Shown here piece after piece: positions 37,110 through 48,826 of a DNA stretch of 64,000 nt. The translations under genes and the position numbers were made by a program. Source of the stretch: Utricularia gibba (lineage: Eukaryota > Plantae > Magnoliophyta); NCBI GenBank assembly GCA_002189035.1, contig NEEC01000030.1, forward strand, positions 248,001 through 312,000, given 5' to 3'. A model generated the notes under the pieces. It was not told where the DNA came from and searched no databases. It worked only from the letters and a program-made list of their open reading frames with translations. Positions within the stretch are counted from its first letter, which is position 1, and every line of letters begins with the position of its first letter.

Positions 37110-38590
37110 TGTTGGGTTTTACGTAGACATCATATGTCACAAAAGCAGCGGAATTTTAAAAATTTTTGATAAACTCCAATCGCAGATCTTGGAATACGGT
37201 ATACGTCAGATTAAGGGATGCTGAAAGTAAATTTCAGATGACTTTGTTGTTCACCAACCGCCAATAGCAAACGGCCTATATGGTATCCACACGTGGAGCA
37301 CTACGTCGATAACCTTCTCAAGGCTGTTGAACGCTGGTTGAATTCCTCAGGTGCTAGTAGAGAAAAACGCCCCCTTGTAGATCAATCTCAGAGAGCACGA
37401 AGACCTGCAAGCTCATCTCTTGATCTAAATCTTTTGATAGATATTTGGTGACATATCAAATCAAATCTCCACAAAGATCTCATCATGTGGAGATATGTAT
37501 ATGTTCCAAATCTTATTTATACAAGATCTTTTATTTTGAGTTTAATCAATATTAATCTTAAAATAACTCTCTATTTAATTTATCCACTTTACCAATTACA
37601 TCTCATGTAATTGTGTCATTCTATTTTATATCGATGAGTGACTCCACTATTGTGTGTGACCCTATAGGCTTCTTCAATCAAGGCCGTAATAATGGATTTA
37701 TTAATTAACTCTTAATTAATCAAATCCATCATTATCGATCATGAGTGATGTCTAGCAACATATCATGATCCCCAAGATGTAAGAATAATCAGGTGAACTG
37801 ATTGAGCCTTTCCATGACCAACCACCATGCAATGAACAGCTTTCATCATACTTATATCTCATTCGATACTAGAACATGGGTGTGTGTCTTTCTGATGTAT
37901 CGAACTTATAATTGCATTCAAGCACTAACACTGAATGACCTACTCAAACAATTCGAGTGTCATTACCCTGGGCCCAGGACTTACTGTTAGACTTTGATGC
38001 AATTACTTGAGATATGATCTCATCGCTAACATGAGTTATGAATTCTTTATTGATCAATCAACTATCTCCAACCTTAAGAAGTCACATCCCTACTCATCCA
38101 TACTAGGCAAGCCATGGTTAGGCTCCCATTAGTAATGAGCGAAAATGTGAGCTTAAGATCAAAATAACTTGAACCAATGAATCCAGTCTAAGTTTATTTG
38201 CACGGCTGTCATATTCGAGATCTTGCTACTTTCATATTCGAAGATGAGTAATCCAGTGAATCGATTCTCTAATCGACACCCACACATAGGTTCTAATAAT
38301 CTCATTACATCAATTGTGAGAACCATTGCCTAAACAGTTTAGGGAACTCAATGTGTGCCAGCTTATCCGTATTTGTGATATCCTCATTTCACAAATACTC
38401 TAGTCAGGGAGTTTTTAACTTGAACATAAATGCTTGAAGAATCTCACATTATGATCTCATCATAATTTCTATAGCACATAGATCAAGTAGAGGATTTTAT
38501 CAATGATGTAAACTTGACACAATTCAAGGTAAACATCAAAGGATAATATTTGCCAATGAATTGATTGTCTCTAGAACACATACACCAACA
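37110..38590 (-). mobile_element. Solo LTR (1481 bp), probably copia Angela-like
   Basis: tgttggg...caccaaca with exact TSD GATTT at 37105-37109 and 38591-38595. Homolog of 1184-2402 and 43740-46010. Confidence 0.92.
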
Positions 38591-38595
38591 GATTT

Positions 38596-41500
38596 TAATA
38601 CATGCCCGTATGTTGTTGAGTAGAGGGTCGCATATGAGCATGGCTTATGGGTAACCCATGCCCATAGGTGATTGAATGGAGGGTTGCATAGGTGCATGGA
38701 ATACTCATAATGCATTCCTGCATAATGTTGAGTGGAGACTCATATACGGGTATGACTTACTTCTAACCAATGCCCATATGTGGTTGAGCAGAGGGTTGCA
38801 TACGGGCATGGGTTAGCCATAATGATGGGGACATCACATCCCACCCTAGGTGGGTGCTTCTTCTAGTATAATAGAGAGGCTCCTTCAGAGATGATGTGGA
38901 CATCACATCCCATCATGCTTACACTAAATCTTCCTACTTTCAAGATAGCTCAAGGAACCTGTCCATCATGGTCCTAACATTCTCCTAGTGATCTCTGCAG
39001 TAGGCCTTTCCAATGTACTAAAATCTCCCTATTACCTTTTGAGTCAAGTAAAAGTACAGCTACTACTTTGGGATCACCATTGTATTTCTTCAGGCAATTG
39101 ATATGAAATACTAGCTGAATTCTTGTTCCAACATGTAACTCTAGTTTCTAGGTCGAGAGTCCTATTTTCTTTATGTAAGGTTCACAATACTTGGAAGTCA
39201 ATTGAGCACCTGTAGATATCCTTCTTTTGTAGCTTAATGGAACCTTCAGTAAGATCAATTCCCTTCCTCAAATTCTAAGGAATACTGCTTTTGATCATAA
39301 TAACCTTTAATTAATTGTTGACTGTGATTTAGTCTATCCTTGTAGAATTGCAAAATGTCATCTCTAGCTCCAAGCCACTACAAACATCCTACAATTTCCC
39401 TTCTCATAAGGGATGGTCTTTGGTATAAGCCGCCCATAAATGACTTCAAACGAAGTCATGCCGATGCTGCTATGCAAGCTGGTGTTGTAAGAATATTCAC
39501 CCCAAGATAGCTAGTCTGCCAATCAAGAAGGCTTATCACTTGTGAAACCCCTTAGATATGTTTCCATGACCTTGTGTGACAATTTCTGTTTGGCCATCCA
39601 TCTATGGATGATATGCCGCTGAATAACACAATTTTGTTCCGTACATTCTCAACAATTCTTTCCAAAATACACTAATGAATATTTTACGTCACTCACAAAA
39701 GACTTATCTGAATATTTTTCCTTACTCTAAATCTCTTGCGTTTATGACATGCATTAGAGCTGAGACTTTTTTAGGATTCCTCTCATTTTTTTGTTGTATA
39801 TTCACATCCCAATGACACCTCATGTTGAAAAAAACAAACAGAGAGAGAAAAGGATGCCAAACGTAAGAATTGTCTGGAGAAACTATGGGATGACATGAAC
39901 TTTCCTTATAAATCACGAATAAGGTTTTGTAATCTAGACAATTCTTCCCCAAAGCAAGGGTCCTATGCAAAAAAAAAAGGAGAGAAGAGAAGAAGAAGAG
40001 AGGAATAAGTCACTATGGCTCAAAATTTTAAAAAACCAGAGAGTGATCCCGAACTATCTCTTCCTCGATTCTGTTGTTTGAGTAGCATGCTTTAAATTGA
40101 ATTGAAGAGTCTGGAAGGAGATAGAAGATGGTGCATGTAGCTAGAGAGGAATAGGTTACCTTAGTTATGTATCATGTGTTAGGTACTACTAGAGCTATAG
40201 ATTGTCATTCTATTTTTATACTTGAAAACAAGCATGATTTAAGTGTACGGGAATATGTTGAATGTCATTTTCTTATTATGTGTTAGGTCATTTTATTAGA
40301 ATTGTTAAATTATGGTTCTATAATATAAGTTTTAGGTTTTATCTAGATTAGGGTAATTATCCTAATTTATCTATTTTAACTAATATTTTTGTCTTGTTTT
40401 CTTTAAGTTATGTCAAGGGCGAACGCATGGTAGGAAGTGTGAAAAAGGAAACAGCAAATGGCGACAAAATAGATCTTCCTAAATTGGCATTTCCTTGATT
40501 TCCAGAAGATTGCAGATACCTAATTATGAGCCTTGGCATGTAGTATATAGGAGTATATGATAGATGAAATCATTAACGTACCAGTGTTAAAGCAAGACCT
40601 TTCTTGCTACTCACTCTAGTCTAGCAGCACTAGAGGAAGACAAAACTCAAACAAAGTAGTTCAGTTTAGCTCTGTTCAGACATTCAGTTTTCAATTCTAT
40701 TTTCAATTTAGACTTTTTTTTATCTCTATAAAAGATTTTTTCTCTAGCTTCTCTTGAGAACTTTGTTCTTGTTTTTCTTAGTTTCTATGGCTGTTCATGG
40801 ATAGAAACTTTTGTTTCTAGGTTGTGAGACTCTCAATTCTTCTTTTCATTAGTTAATCTCCATTTCTTCTTTCAATCTGATCAGGTTCTGTATGTTTCCA
40901 CGCAAATATGTTATAGTCTTTCAAGAACAGCCCCTTATTCAAAATTCATGGTTAGCTTATCACTACGTGTGAGTTTTGAAGAGGAGCAAGTGGAAAACAC
41001 CCTTTTATTGGAGTTAGACAATGTTTTGTTTGTGGCCATACTTCAAGATCAATAGATAGATAGTTACCTAATATCTGAACTCATTAGGTCATTAGCAACA
41101 TTCAGGAACATGCATGCAATTCGATCATGAGGGTACAACAACAGAAACTCTTATCTTCGCATTCATCCAAGGAGGAGCAACATCGGGCAATTCTCATGCC
41201 TTCTTGCAAGAGAGTGTAAGGTTGGGTAGACAATTTCTTACTCCTATAACCAAGTACTCGAGAGGACCAGAGAAAAGTGGAGATGCGACGAACGTAGCTA
41301 GGCAGAATTCCAATCCTAGAAACATTCTCTTTGTTTACAATCCCCTTACTCGAGCTTCATCACTTATGTTTATCGCACCTTTTACTTTACAAACCCATTC
41401 AAAAATTGTGACGATTGTATTCGGTGTAACTTCACCTTTAACTGAAAAACAACTCCCTATGTTCAACACCCGTACTACGCATTTTGTGTTTTATGAGTTT

Positions 41501-42860
41501 TAAAATCTTTAATAATTTTGTTGTGGAAATGACACGCATCATATATCCACCCCACACATCATTCGAAATGGGCAACGCCTGTAAAACACCAGGAAATTCC
41601 ACTATTTCGATTTGTTTCGTTAACACACATCACATCTCTTAACGAATTTCCTGAATATGAACCTTCATGGTGAGCATACCCTTCATGGTGAGCATCAAGG
41701 ACCATGATAATAATCTATTTTGGCAATTCAAAGTCAATTGGTATATAAAACATGTCTCTATAGTAAATGATAGCTTGAATAAACTTCCAATTTTCCCATG
41801 TGCCCCCCCCCCCCACAAGATTCTATTTCTCCTTTCTGGTGCGGCAAGCGAGATCTCTTGGACTCTTTTAATCTGATTGCGAAAGTTTGGTTGAGGTATT
41901 GAAATATGGGCAAACTAAATTCCTCTTGATCCCTTCTGGACAATGCATTGGCTTCTTTATTGGTGGAACCATGGATATAGAATATTTCAAAATCAAATTC
42001 TACTAGCTTTCTCAACCAGTTTTGCTGAAATGGTGGCACCAACTTTTGCTACTGCAAGAATTTTTAACCCTGGTGATCAATTTTAACCTTAAAGTTCGAC
42101 CCCAAAGGTAGTACCTCCAATGTTTGATTGAATAAAGTAATCCGATTATTTCCTACTCATATGCAGCAAGAAGTTGTTGAGTTGGAGTTAGCCGTTTCTA
42201 GTAATATGCAATGGGATGGCCTTGGTGGAGAATAACCTTGATACCCTTGTTTGAAGAATCACATTCTAGAATGAATTCTTGTGAGAAATCTGGAGCATCT
42301 AAAATGGGAGCATAAGTAAATTCCAATTTGAGGGCTTTGAACTCATAATCTACCTAGGGTGTCCACTTAATTTTTTCTCTTAAGCGGACTTGTGGATTGC
42401 AGTTTTGACACTAAAATTCTGAATAGAATGGAAACAATCTATGAGGCCCAAGAATCCTCATAATCCCTTGACCGTGTTGTTTTTCAGCCACTTAATAATT
42501 GCATGTATTTTCTTTGGGTCAACCTTGACTCCTTTACCCACCAAATGCCACCATATAGGCAGCATGGGGTTCTACAAATAAACATTTGGACTTCTTCACA
42601 AATAAGTAATTTTTTTGAAGAATTTCAAAGATTGTATGCAAGTGATCAATGTGCTCCGATTCTATCTTGTTGAAGATTAAAATATCATCAAAGAAAACAA
42701 ACACAAACTTCTAAAGTATGGTCTAAAAACATTATGCATTAATGACTTGAAGGTAGTCAAGGCATTCCTCTATCCAAAAGAGATCACAATGAATTCTCAA
42801 TGACTGTTGTGAGTCTGAATCTTTGCTCATGTCACTATAGTGCTTCCGAATCTGCTGTAG
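38596..42860 (-). mobile_element. Fragmented chromovirus (Reina-like) Ty3/gypsy remnant interrupted by Athila sequence; boundaries approximate
   Basis: On the - strand: RT FVFFDDILIF (about 42670-42710); RH PDFSQEFILECDSS and WLRKLVEFDFEIFY..NKEANALSRR; INT PGVLQALPISNDVW (41545-41620) and FWKELL...SAAYHP*MDGQTE, YSYNTSLHSSIGMTSFEVIYGR (39420-39700); chromodomain-like EILVHWKGL (about 39000-39040); repeat-rich LTR-like end 38596-38835. Confidence 0.75.
39720..41541 (+). mobile_element. Athila 3' noncoding region plus 3' LTR (about 40256-41541, family C); left boundary approximate
   Basis: The Athila-like pre-LTR motif cttgaaaacaagcatgatttaagtgtacgggaata is followed by tgttg... The LTR ends gacacgcatca. 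Confidence 0.65.
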
Positions 42861-43084
42861 AAGAGCCTTATTTTTTGTGAAAATTTGAGCATTTCTCATA
42901 GTCATTTTCACATCCTATGGTTCTATCAACAGCATTTGGTTCCCCAGGGTCCCTAATAAGCCTTCAAGAATATGGAGGTTTCATGCAGGGGATCCACAAT
43001 ACCAACATGAAGGGAAAGATTCATGAATTTCTTATAATACTTCAACAAGTCATGATTCTATGAGCTCTAGAAAATCAGCCATGG

Positions 43085-43735
43085 CCACAACAAACTTTAA
43101 AAGATTTTTAACTCATAAAAACAAAATGCATAGTACAGTTGTCGATCACAGGGAGTTGAATTTCAAGAAAATGGTGAGGTTTGCATTGAATACTATCACA
43201 TGATTTGTAAACGGGATTCTAAACTTTAAGAGTGGTAGAAGCGTAAATGATGAAACTTGAGTAAAGAAACCGTAAAAAAAACAACAGAAATAAACTTAAA
43301 GGATAAACCTTAAATAAAGAGTGTTTCCTGGGATTGGAATCCCGCCCAGCTACTCTCGTTGTGTCTCTACTCTTCTCTGATCCTTTCAAGTAAGTTATGG
43401 GAATAAGAAATTGTCTATCTTCACTTACACTCAACTGCAAAGACGCACGAGAATCACCCAATGTTGCTGCCCCTTGGAACAACATGAAGATGAGAGGTCC
43501 AACCATCATTACCCTCACAGTCAAGTTGTGCGCACATGCATGGGTGTTGCAATGACCCAATGAGTCAAGATACAAGTTCACTATCTATCCATTGATCCTA
43601 AGGTATGATCACAAATAAAACATTGTCTATTTCGAATCAAAATGGTGTGAGTTGGTGCTTTCCATCTTCTCTTCAAAACTTGCAAGTAGTGGTCAACTAA
43701 CCATCAATCTTAAATAAGAGGTCATTAAAGGAAGA
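43085..43735 (-). repeat. LTR fragment, family C; boundaries approximate
   Basis: Its reverse complement matches about 41100-41530 (caactccctgtgatcgacaactgtactatgcattttg). Confidence 0.65.
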
Positions 43736-43795
43736 CTATATCAGATCTTTTATTTTGAGTTTAATCAATATTAATCTTAAAATAATTCTCTATTT

Positions 43796-43943
43796 AATTT
43801 ATCCACTTTACCAATTGCATCTCATGTAATTGAATTTATCCACTTTACCAATTGCATCTCATGTAATTGAATTTATCCACTTTACCAATTGCATCCCATG
43901 TAATTGAATTTATCCACTTTACCAATTATATCTCATGTGATTG
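43796..43943. repeat. 37-bp tandem repeat, 4 copies
   Basis: Unit AATTTATCCACTTTACCAATTGCATCTCATGTAATTG starts at 43796, 43833, 43870 and 43907. It is single-copy in the other two LTR copies. Confidence 0.97.
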
Positions 43944-44384
43944 TGTTATTCTATTTTATGTCAATAGGTGACTTTACTATTGTGTGTGACCCTATAGGCT
44001 TTTTCGATCAAGGTTGTAATAATGAATTTATAAATTAACTCTTAATTAATTAAATCCATCATTATCGATCATAAATGATGTCTAGCAACATATCATGATC
44101 CTCAAGATGTAAGAATAATCAAGTAAACTGATTGAGCCTTTCTATGACCAACCACCATGCAATGAACAGCTTTCATCATACTTATATCTCATTCGATATC
44201 AGAACATGGGTGTGCGTCTTTCTCATGTATCAAACTTATAATTATATTCAAGCACTAACACTCAATGACCTACTCAAACTCTATGAGTGTCATTAGTCTA
44301 GGCCTAGGAGTTACTTTTAGGTTTCGATGTAATTACTTGAAATAAGATTTCATAGCTAACATGAGTGATGAATCCTTTATTGAT

Positions 44385-45503
44385 TGATAAGTGATTTTGT
44401 GTCACTTATATTTATGCTTTTTAGGACACGTCTAGGTAGGCTTTGCATCCCTTTTATCTCACTTTCCTTATGTTTTTAGAAAAAATTTATATCTTTCATG
44501 CCATTGTGATCTCTTTGGAGAGAAAGTGTGTTTTATGATTTTTCAAAATAATTTTGACATAATTTGGAGGATTTTTGAGTTAATTTTGATAGACGTGAAG
44601 ATTTGGTCTATCCAAATGAAGACTCAGTAAAAGATTCTCGAATAAGATATGATTCGTATCTTATCTTGGAAAATTTAGATCTTATCCTAGAAGATCTCTA
44701 TCAAATCTTAGAAGATCCGGATAGAAGATTTGATATGAGCCCATTTAGAAAGCCTCACGAATCCTTACCATTAAAGACTAGAACCCGAAGATCGAAGGAG
44801 CTAGAGTCAGTTTTAGGGTTTAGAGTCGAGTCCAGCATGTTTTGGATTCATTTCCTTGCGTTTTTCATCAACTTTTGTTGTTTAGAGTCGAGCATGTGCA
44901 TGTGAGCACTTGCAGCTAAAGATCTGCTGCGTGTGTGACTGTTTTACTATGTTTTTCAGCAATTAATTTGAGGTTTAATTTTTTTTTTCGCAATGTTTTC
45001 TTTTCCAATGTGATCTTTAGTACCATACAACCCTAAGAGAGTGTGGGACAATCAAAGTTGGCCTCAAGCACCTAAGGAGAAAGGCTCAATCGGACATCGT
45101 TGGAATGGCACATTCTGTGTAATATGTCTACGAGGTGAGAGGCGAAACATGAGTTATCACAAGAGGTGAAATGACTCTGGTGGAATGGTTGATTCCATAA
45201 TCCCCCAAAACAAGAGAAGCTGCTATAACGGTCAGCGAGTAGCACTACTTTAGCATAATACCCCCAAAGCTTGCACAAGCAAGTCAGTCTTCAAGGTTGG
45301 CACATATGCAAGGACGAATTTTAAGCAAGGTGGATCTTAGATCTAAGGCTACTTTTCTTATTGTTTTTAAAACCAAAGCTTTCCTTTGTTTTTCAGTCTT
45401 TTTAAGTCTTTGTTTGAAAAGAAAATTCAAATAACAATTCTTTGTGGATACGATCTTATTTTATTATTTTGACGGTTTCTATGCACTTGTTGAATTAACA
45501 TCA
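44385..45503 (+). mobile_element. Solo LTR, family B
   Basis: tgataagtg...ttaacatca with exact TSD TTGAT at 44380-44384 and 45504-45508. Homolog of 20175-21364. Confidence 0.93.
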
Positions 45504-46344
45504 TTGATCAATCAACTATCTCCAAACTTAAGGAGTCATATCCCTTCTCATCCATACTAGACAAGCCATGGTTAGACTCCCATTAGTAATGAGCGAAAAT
45601 ATAAGCTTAAGATCAAGATAACTTTGTTGTTCTCAAGTCTAAGCTTACTTACACGGCTGTCATATTCGCAATGTTGATACACTTGGTTAGCTTCCCATAG
45701 TAGCATCTCGAAGACAAGTCATCCAATGAATCAATTCTCTAATTGACACCCACACATTGTTCTAGTAATCTCAATGTGTGTCAATTTATCTACATTTGTG
45801 ATATCCTCATTTCACAAATATTTTAGCCAGAGAATTTTGAACTTGAACATGAATGCTTGAAGAATCTCACATTATGATCTCATCATAATTTTTATAGCAT
45901 ATAGATCAAGTAGAAGATTTTATGAGTGATATAAATTTGATCACAATTCAAAATATCAAAAGATAAGATTTTCCAATGAGTTGATTGTCTCTAGGATACA
46001 TACATCAATAGAGTTTCCATCCGATTCACGAACTTGTACAATTTGAGATTGTAGGGTGAGTTGGAAGAAAGCCACATGACCCAAGCAATCTATTAGAGCT
46101 CGTTTGGTTGGTTAGTTTAGGTTTTCCCCTTATTTAGATTATTATGGAGTTGAACACATGGTTATTGATTAAAATGAATTTGTTTGGTAGGTGATGATTT
46201 TGACTTTTTGTATTTAGTTTGTGAGTTTTGGAATAGACCATCCGTTGGTTTCTGATTTGTAAAGACCAATTTGTCCTTTCATTCTCATTTTCTCCTTTCT
46301 CTTCTAGGGTTGGCGACAAGGGAGTAAGCAATGCAATCCTTACA

Positions 46345-46420
46345 GCCAATGGAAAAAGGGGCTTCCAAACATTTATGGTCGGCAATTGAAGAGAGGAATC
46401 TGATTACCGCCCTGAAGAAG
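46345..46420 (+). pseudogene. Harbinger Myb/SANT-like ORF relic
   Basis: MEKGASKHLWSAIEERNLITAL resembles the first helix of the Myb/SANT domain (W..xE...L...L). Confidence 0.5.
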
Positions 46421-46727
46421 TGTATCCAATAAAAAAGCTTATTGAGGTGTCAATGGTGGAGGAGGGTAGTGTTATATTTTTCTTATTTGTAAAAAATGAT
46501 TGATTTAGAATTTCTATTATTAATTCTTCACAAAATACTCGATTCCTATATCATCTTTCCTTCGTATGGTATGCTTTCATGTTATTAGTTTTCTATTTAT
46601 CTCTATCACAATTTCTTAGAAGAAAAGTATTTATCTTCACCTTTTCAAAAGAAATTACATATTGTGTTTTATTAAGTGTTTATTATATTATTTATTAAAT
46701 AAAGCAACTCAACGCTTTGTAATAGGG

Positions 46728-47012
46728 GCTCGAGTAGTCCCTCCCCTATATACGGGATATGGTGACTCGCACCCTAGTCCCTCCCCTCATATGGGCGTGG
46801 ATTATGGTAACCGATGCCCATATATAATATGAAGCACTCAATCCCTATGTGTATTTGAGATAGAGTGTTGTTTTTTTATTTATAAAATATTATATAGCGC
46901 TCGACTCATATGCATTATATTGCTCGAGTAGTCCCTCCCCTATCTATGGGCGTGGGATATGGTAACCCATGCCCTAGTCCCTCCTCTCACACGAGCATGG
47001 GTTATGGTAACC
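46728..47012. repeat. Four imperfect copies of a 42-48 bp unit arranged as two dimers
   Basis: gctcgagtagtccctcccct... starts at 46728 and 46922. Monomer tagtccctcccct..atgggcgtgggatatggtaacccatgccc. Confidence 0.85.
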
Positions 47013-47249
47013 ACAAGCAACAACACTAGCTGCAGATAGGCTGTCAAACAACTTAGTTGCATTGGGTTGAGAAAGAAATCACCACCCATATCTCCAGAAA
47101 CAAAACTGCCAACCCCATCAACAAAAGAGAGTGTAGTCATCAATCCCAATATTCATATATTTAAGTGAACTTAAAAAAATAAACATTGTGAATATAATTA
47201 TGACATTCTGTTATTGAACATCTCTAATGCCATCTCATCCCTCAAGTTA

Positions 47250-47720
47250 TTCCATGCAGATGAGCTATCAATTGTTGAAACGTATTCGACAGGTTCATAT
47301 TTGGATGCCCATAATCTTGAATAATCCTACAACAAGATACTCAACCTTTCAAAGACCTCCTTACTCATCCTAAATTCATCTAGACAAGTACAATTATGGT
47401 CTCCTATAAGCTCGAATAACCTTGATTGCTGCAAAGGCATCCTCCTAAGCAACAAATATCAAATAGGTTGGGAAGTGATCAATCCATTTTCACTTTCTTC
47501 AAATGCACACAATATATACATCCATTGGATAACAAACCACATTCCAAATAATAAAAACATGAATTCCTCCTCAACTGACAACATTGTTGTTTACAATGAC
47601 AACAATTTGTAAATCCAATGCATCGAGGAACAATATACATGAAAAATTTTGACAAATATTCAATGGATTTAACATGATAAAAATAATTCAACTCCCTCAC
47701 CAACGTAAATTAGAAGAACA
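47250..47720 (-). pseudogene. PIF/Harbinger transposase N-terminal relic; boundaries approximate
   Basis: The - strand reads CTCLDEFRMSKEVFERLSILL, matching the C...FRMS...F..L motif of plant Harbinger transposases. Confidence 0.75.
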
Positions 47721-48229
47721 CACATGAATTGGAATTGCAGCCAAATATATTACATATAAAAACGAGTGAAATTGAACTAAGAGATACCCAAAAATATTTA
47801 TGTACCGCTGAATTTACGAATGGAAATTCACCCAATCACAAAAGTAACCACCCGGTGGGAGAAGATAATGTGTGATGCAGAATCACATGAAAAGAAGCAA
47901 AAAGAAGAGAGGTGATGCTAGCATAAACACCCAGTCATTGAACCATTTGAAATTTTGAGAAGATAAGCCAAGGATTGGGGTAGTCACATATTTAGAATCC
48001 TAATCCCAAATTTGATAAGGGAAAAAATGTCTACAAATTATGTTAGTTTGTGGAAACCCATCCACCCAACAGGTTTCGAAACCCACTCTCATAGGTTTTG
48101 CAATTGGTTTTCAAAACTAGTGGGTGTTGGAACACCTTCTAACCAAACATAAGAAAGAGATTAAATTTTAATGAAAACTGGTCTACACCAACCAACCAAA
48201 TGAGTCCTTAGTGTCTTAAATTATTCATA

Positions 48230-48795
48230 ATGCATTGAAAAAGATGAGGCCAAAAGAGGCGACTTCTCCAATATCAAATTGTCAAGAACCTCTATATAAA
48301 TGAGTGAGCAAAACCTAGAAGACAAATGTTGTCCTTACAAAAGAAGTCAGGCCTTATATATCTAGGCCATGACGCTATTCCAAGCTAGTACAAAAGGTAT
48401 GGTTAAATTCAAGATATTTCCAACTTCTCACAACTTCTTGTTGGGTTTGTTTATAAAAGGAACCAACGAATGCAACCGCTACGGTAGTTTTTCTTCTTCA
48501 TCACAGAAGATCAAAGGAGGGTTCTTGAGCCCTACTGCATGCGATTCTTGATCAGCAGCGTGCAACATTGTCATTCTCTCATTGTTGAGAAAAAACTTGG
48601 CTGGTAGAGCTTGTTCTGTTGGAGTTGTTTTTGCTTCTGTATAGAAACTCAAAGATTAGTGGAGAGTTTCCGAATCTAGTATGATCATTACCTGTGGTTT
48701 TATCAATTGGGTTTCCACGTTAAAATCTTATGTTGCTTTTTTGTTTTTGTCAACTCAAATCACATAGATGAAAATTTAGGATGAATTTGGCAACA
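48230..48795 (+). repeat. Possible copia-type LTR fragment; left boundary unknown
   Basis: TATA-like ctctatataaat at about 48289-48301 and a U5-like gggtttccacgttaaaatctt...ttggcaaca end. No partner copy or TSD found. Confidence 0.35.
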
Positions 48796-48826
48796 GTTTA
48801 TATAGAGGCTCCTTCAATGGCCACCT

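Larger units (their letters stand above)
43740..46010 (-). mobile_element. Truncated Angela-like LTR carrying a tandem amplification and a nested solo LTR
   Basis: Collinear with about 37523-38590 after removing 44385-45508 and the extra 37-bp units. Ends catacatcaata. Confidence 0.88.
46096..48207. mobile_element. PIF/Harbinger DNA transposon, internally deleted
   Basis: TIRs GAGCTCGTTTGGTTGGTT and (reverse complement) GGACTCATTTGGTTGGTT match 15/18. TTA on both flanks (46093-46095, 48208-48210). Contains Myb/SANT-like and transposase relics. Confidence 0.85.

Noticed and set aside
43796-43943. 37-bp repeats as a CRISPR array
   Set aside because: The units are head-to-tail with no spacers, lie inside a plant LTR, and have no cas genes nearby.
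20175-45503. 44385-45503 as the 3' LTR of the element starting at 20175
   Set aside because: It has its own TTGAT TSD on both sides and is nested in another LTR. The AATAT flank of 20175 is not matched.
1184-46010. Large inversion between oppositely oriented LTR copies
   Set aside because: Each complete solo LTR keeps its own matching TSD pair (TTCCT, TTTAC, ATGTT, GATTT, TTGAT), which recombination between copies would have shuffled.
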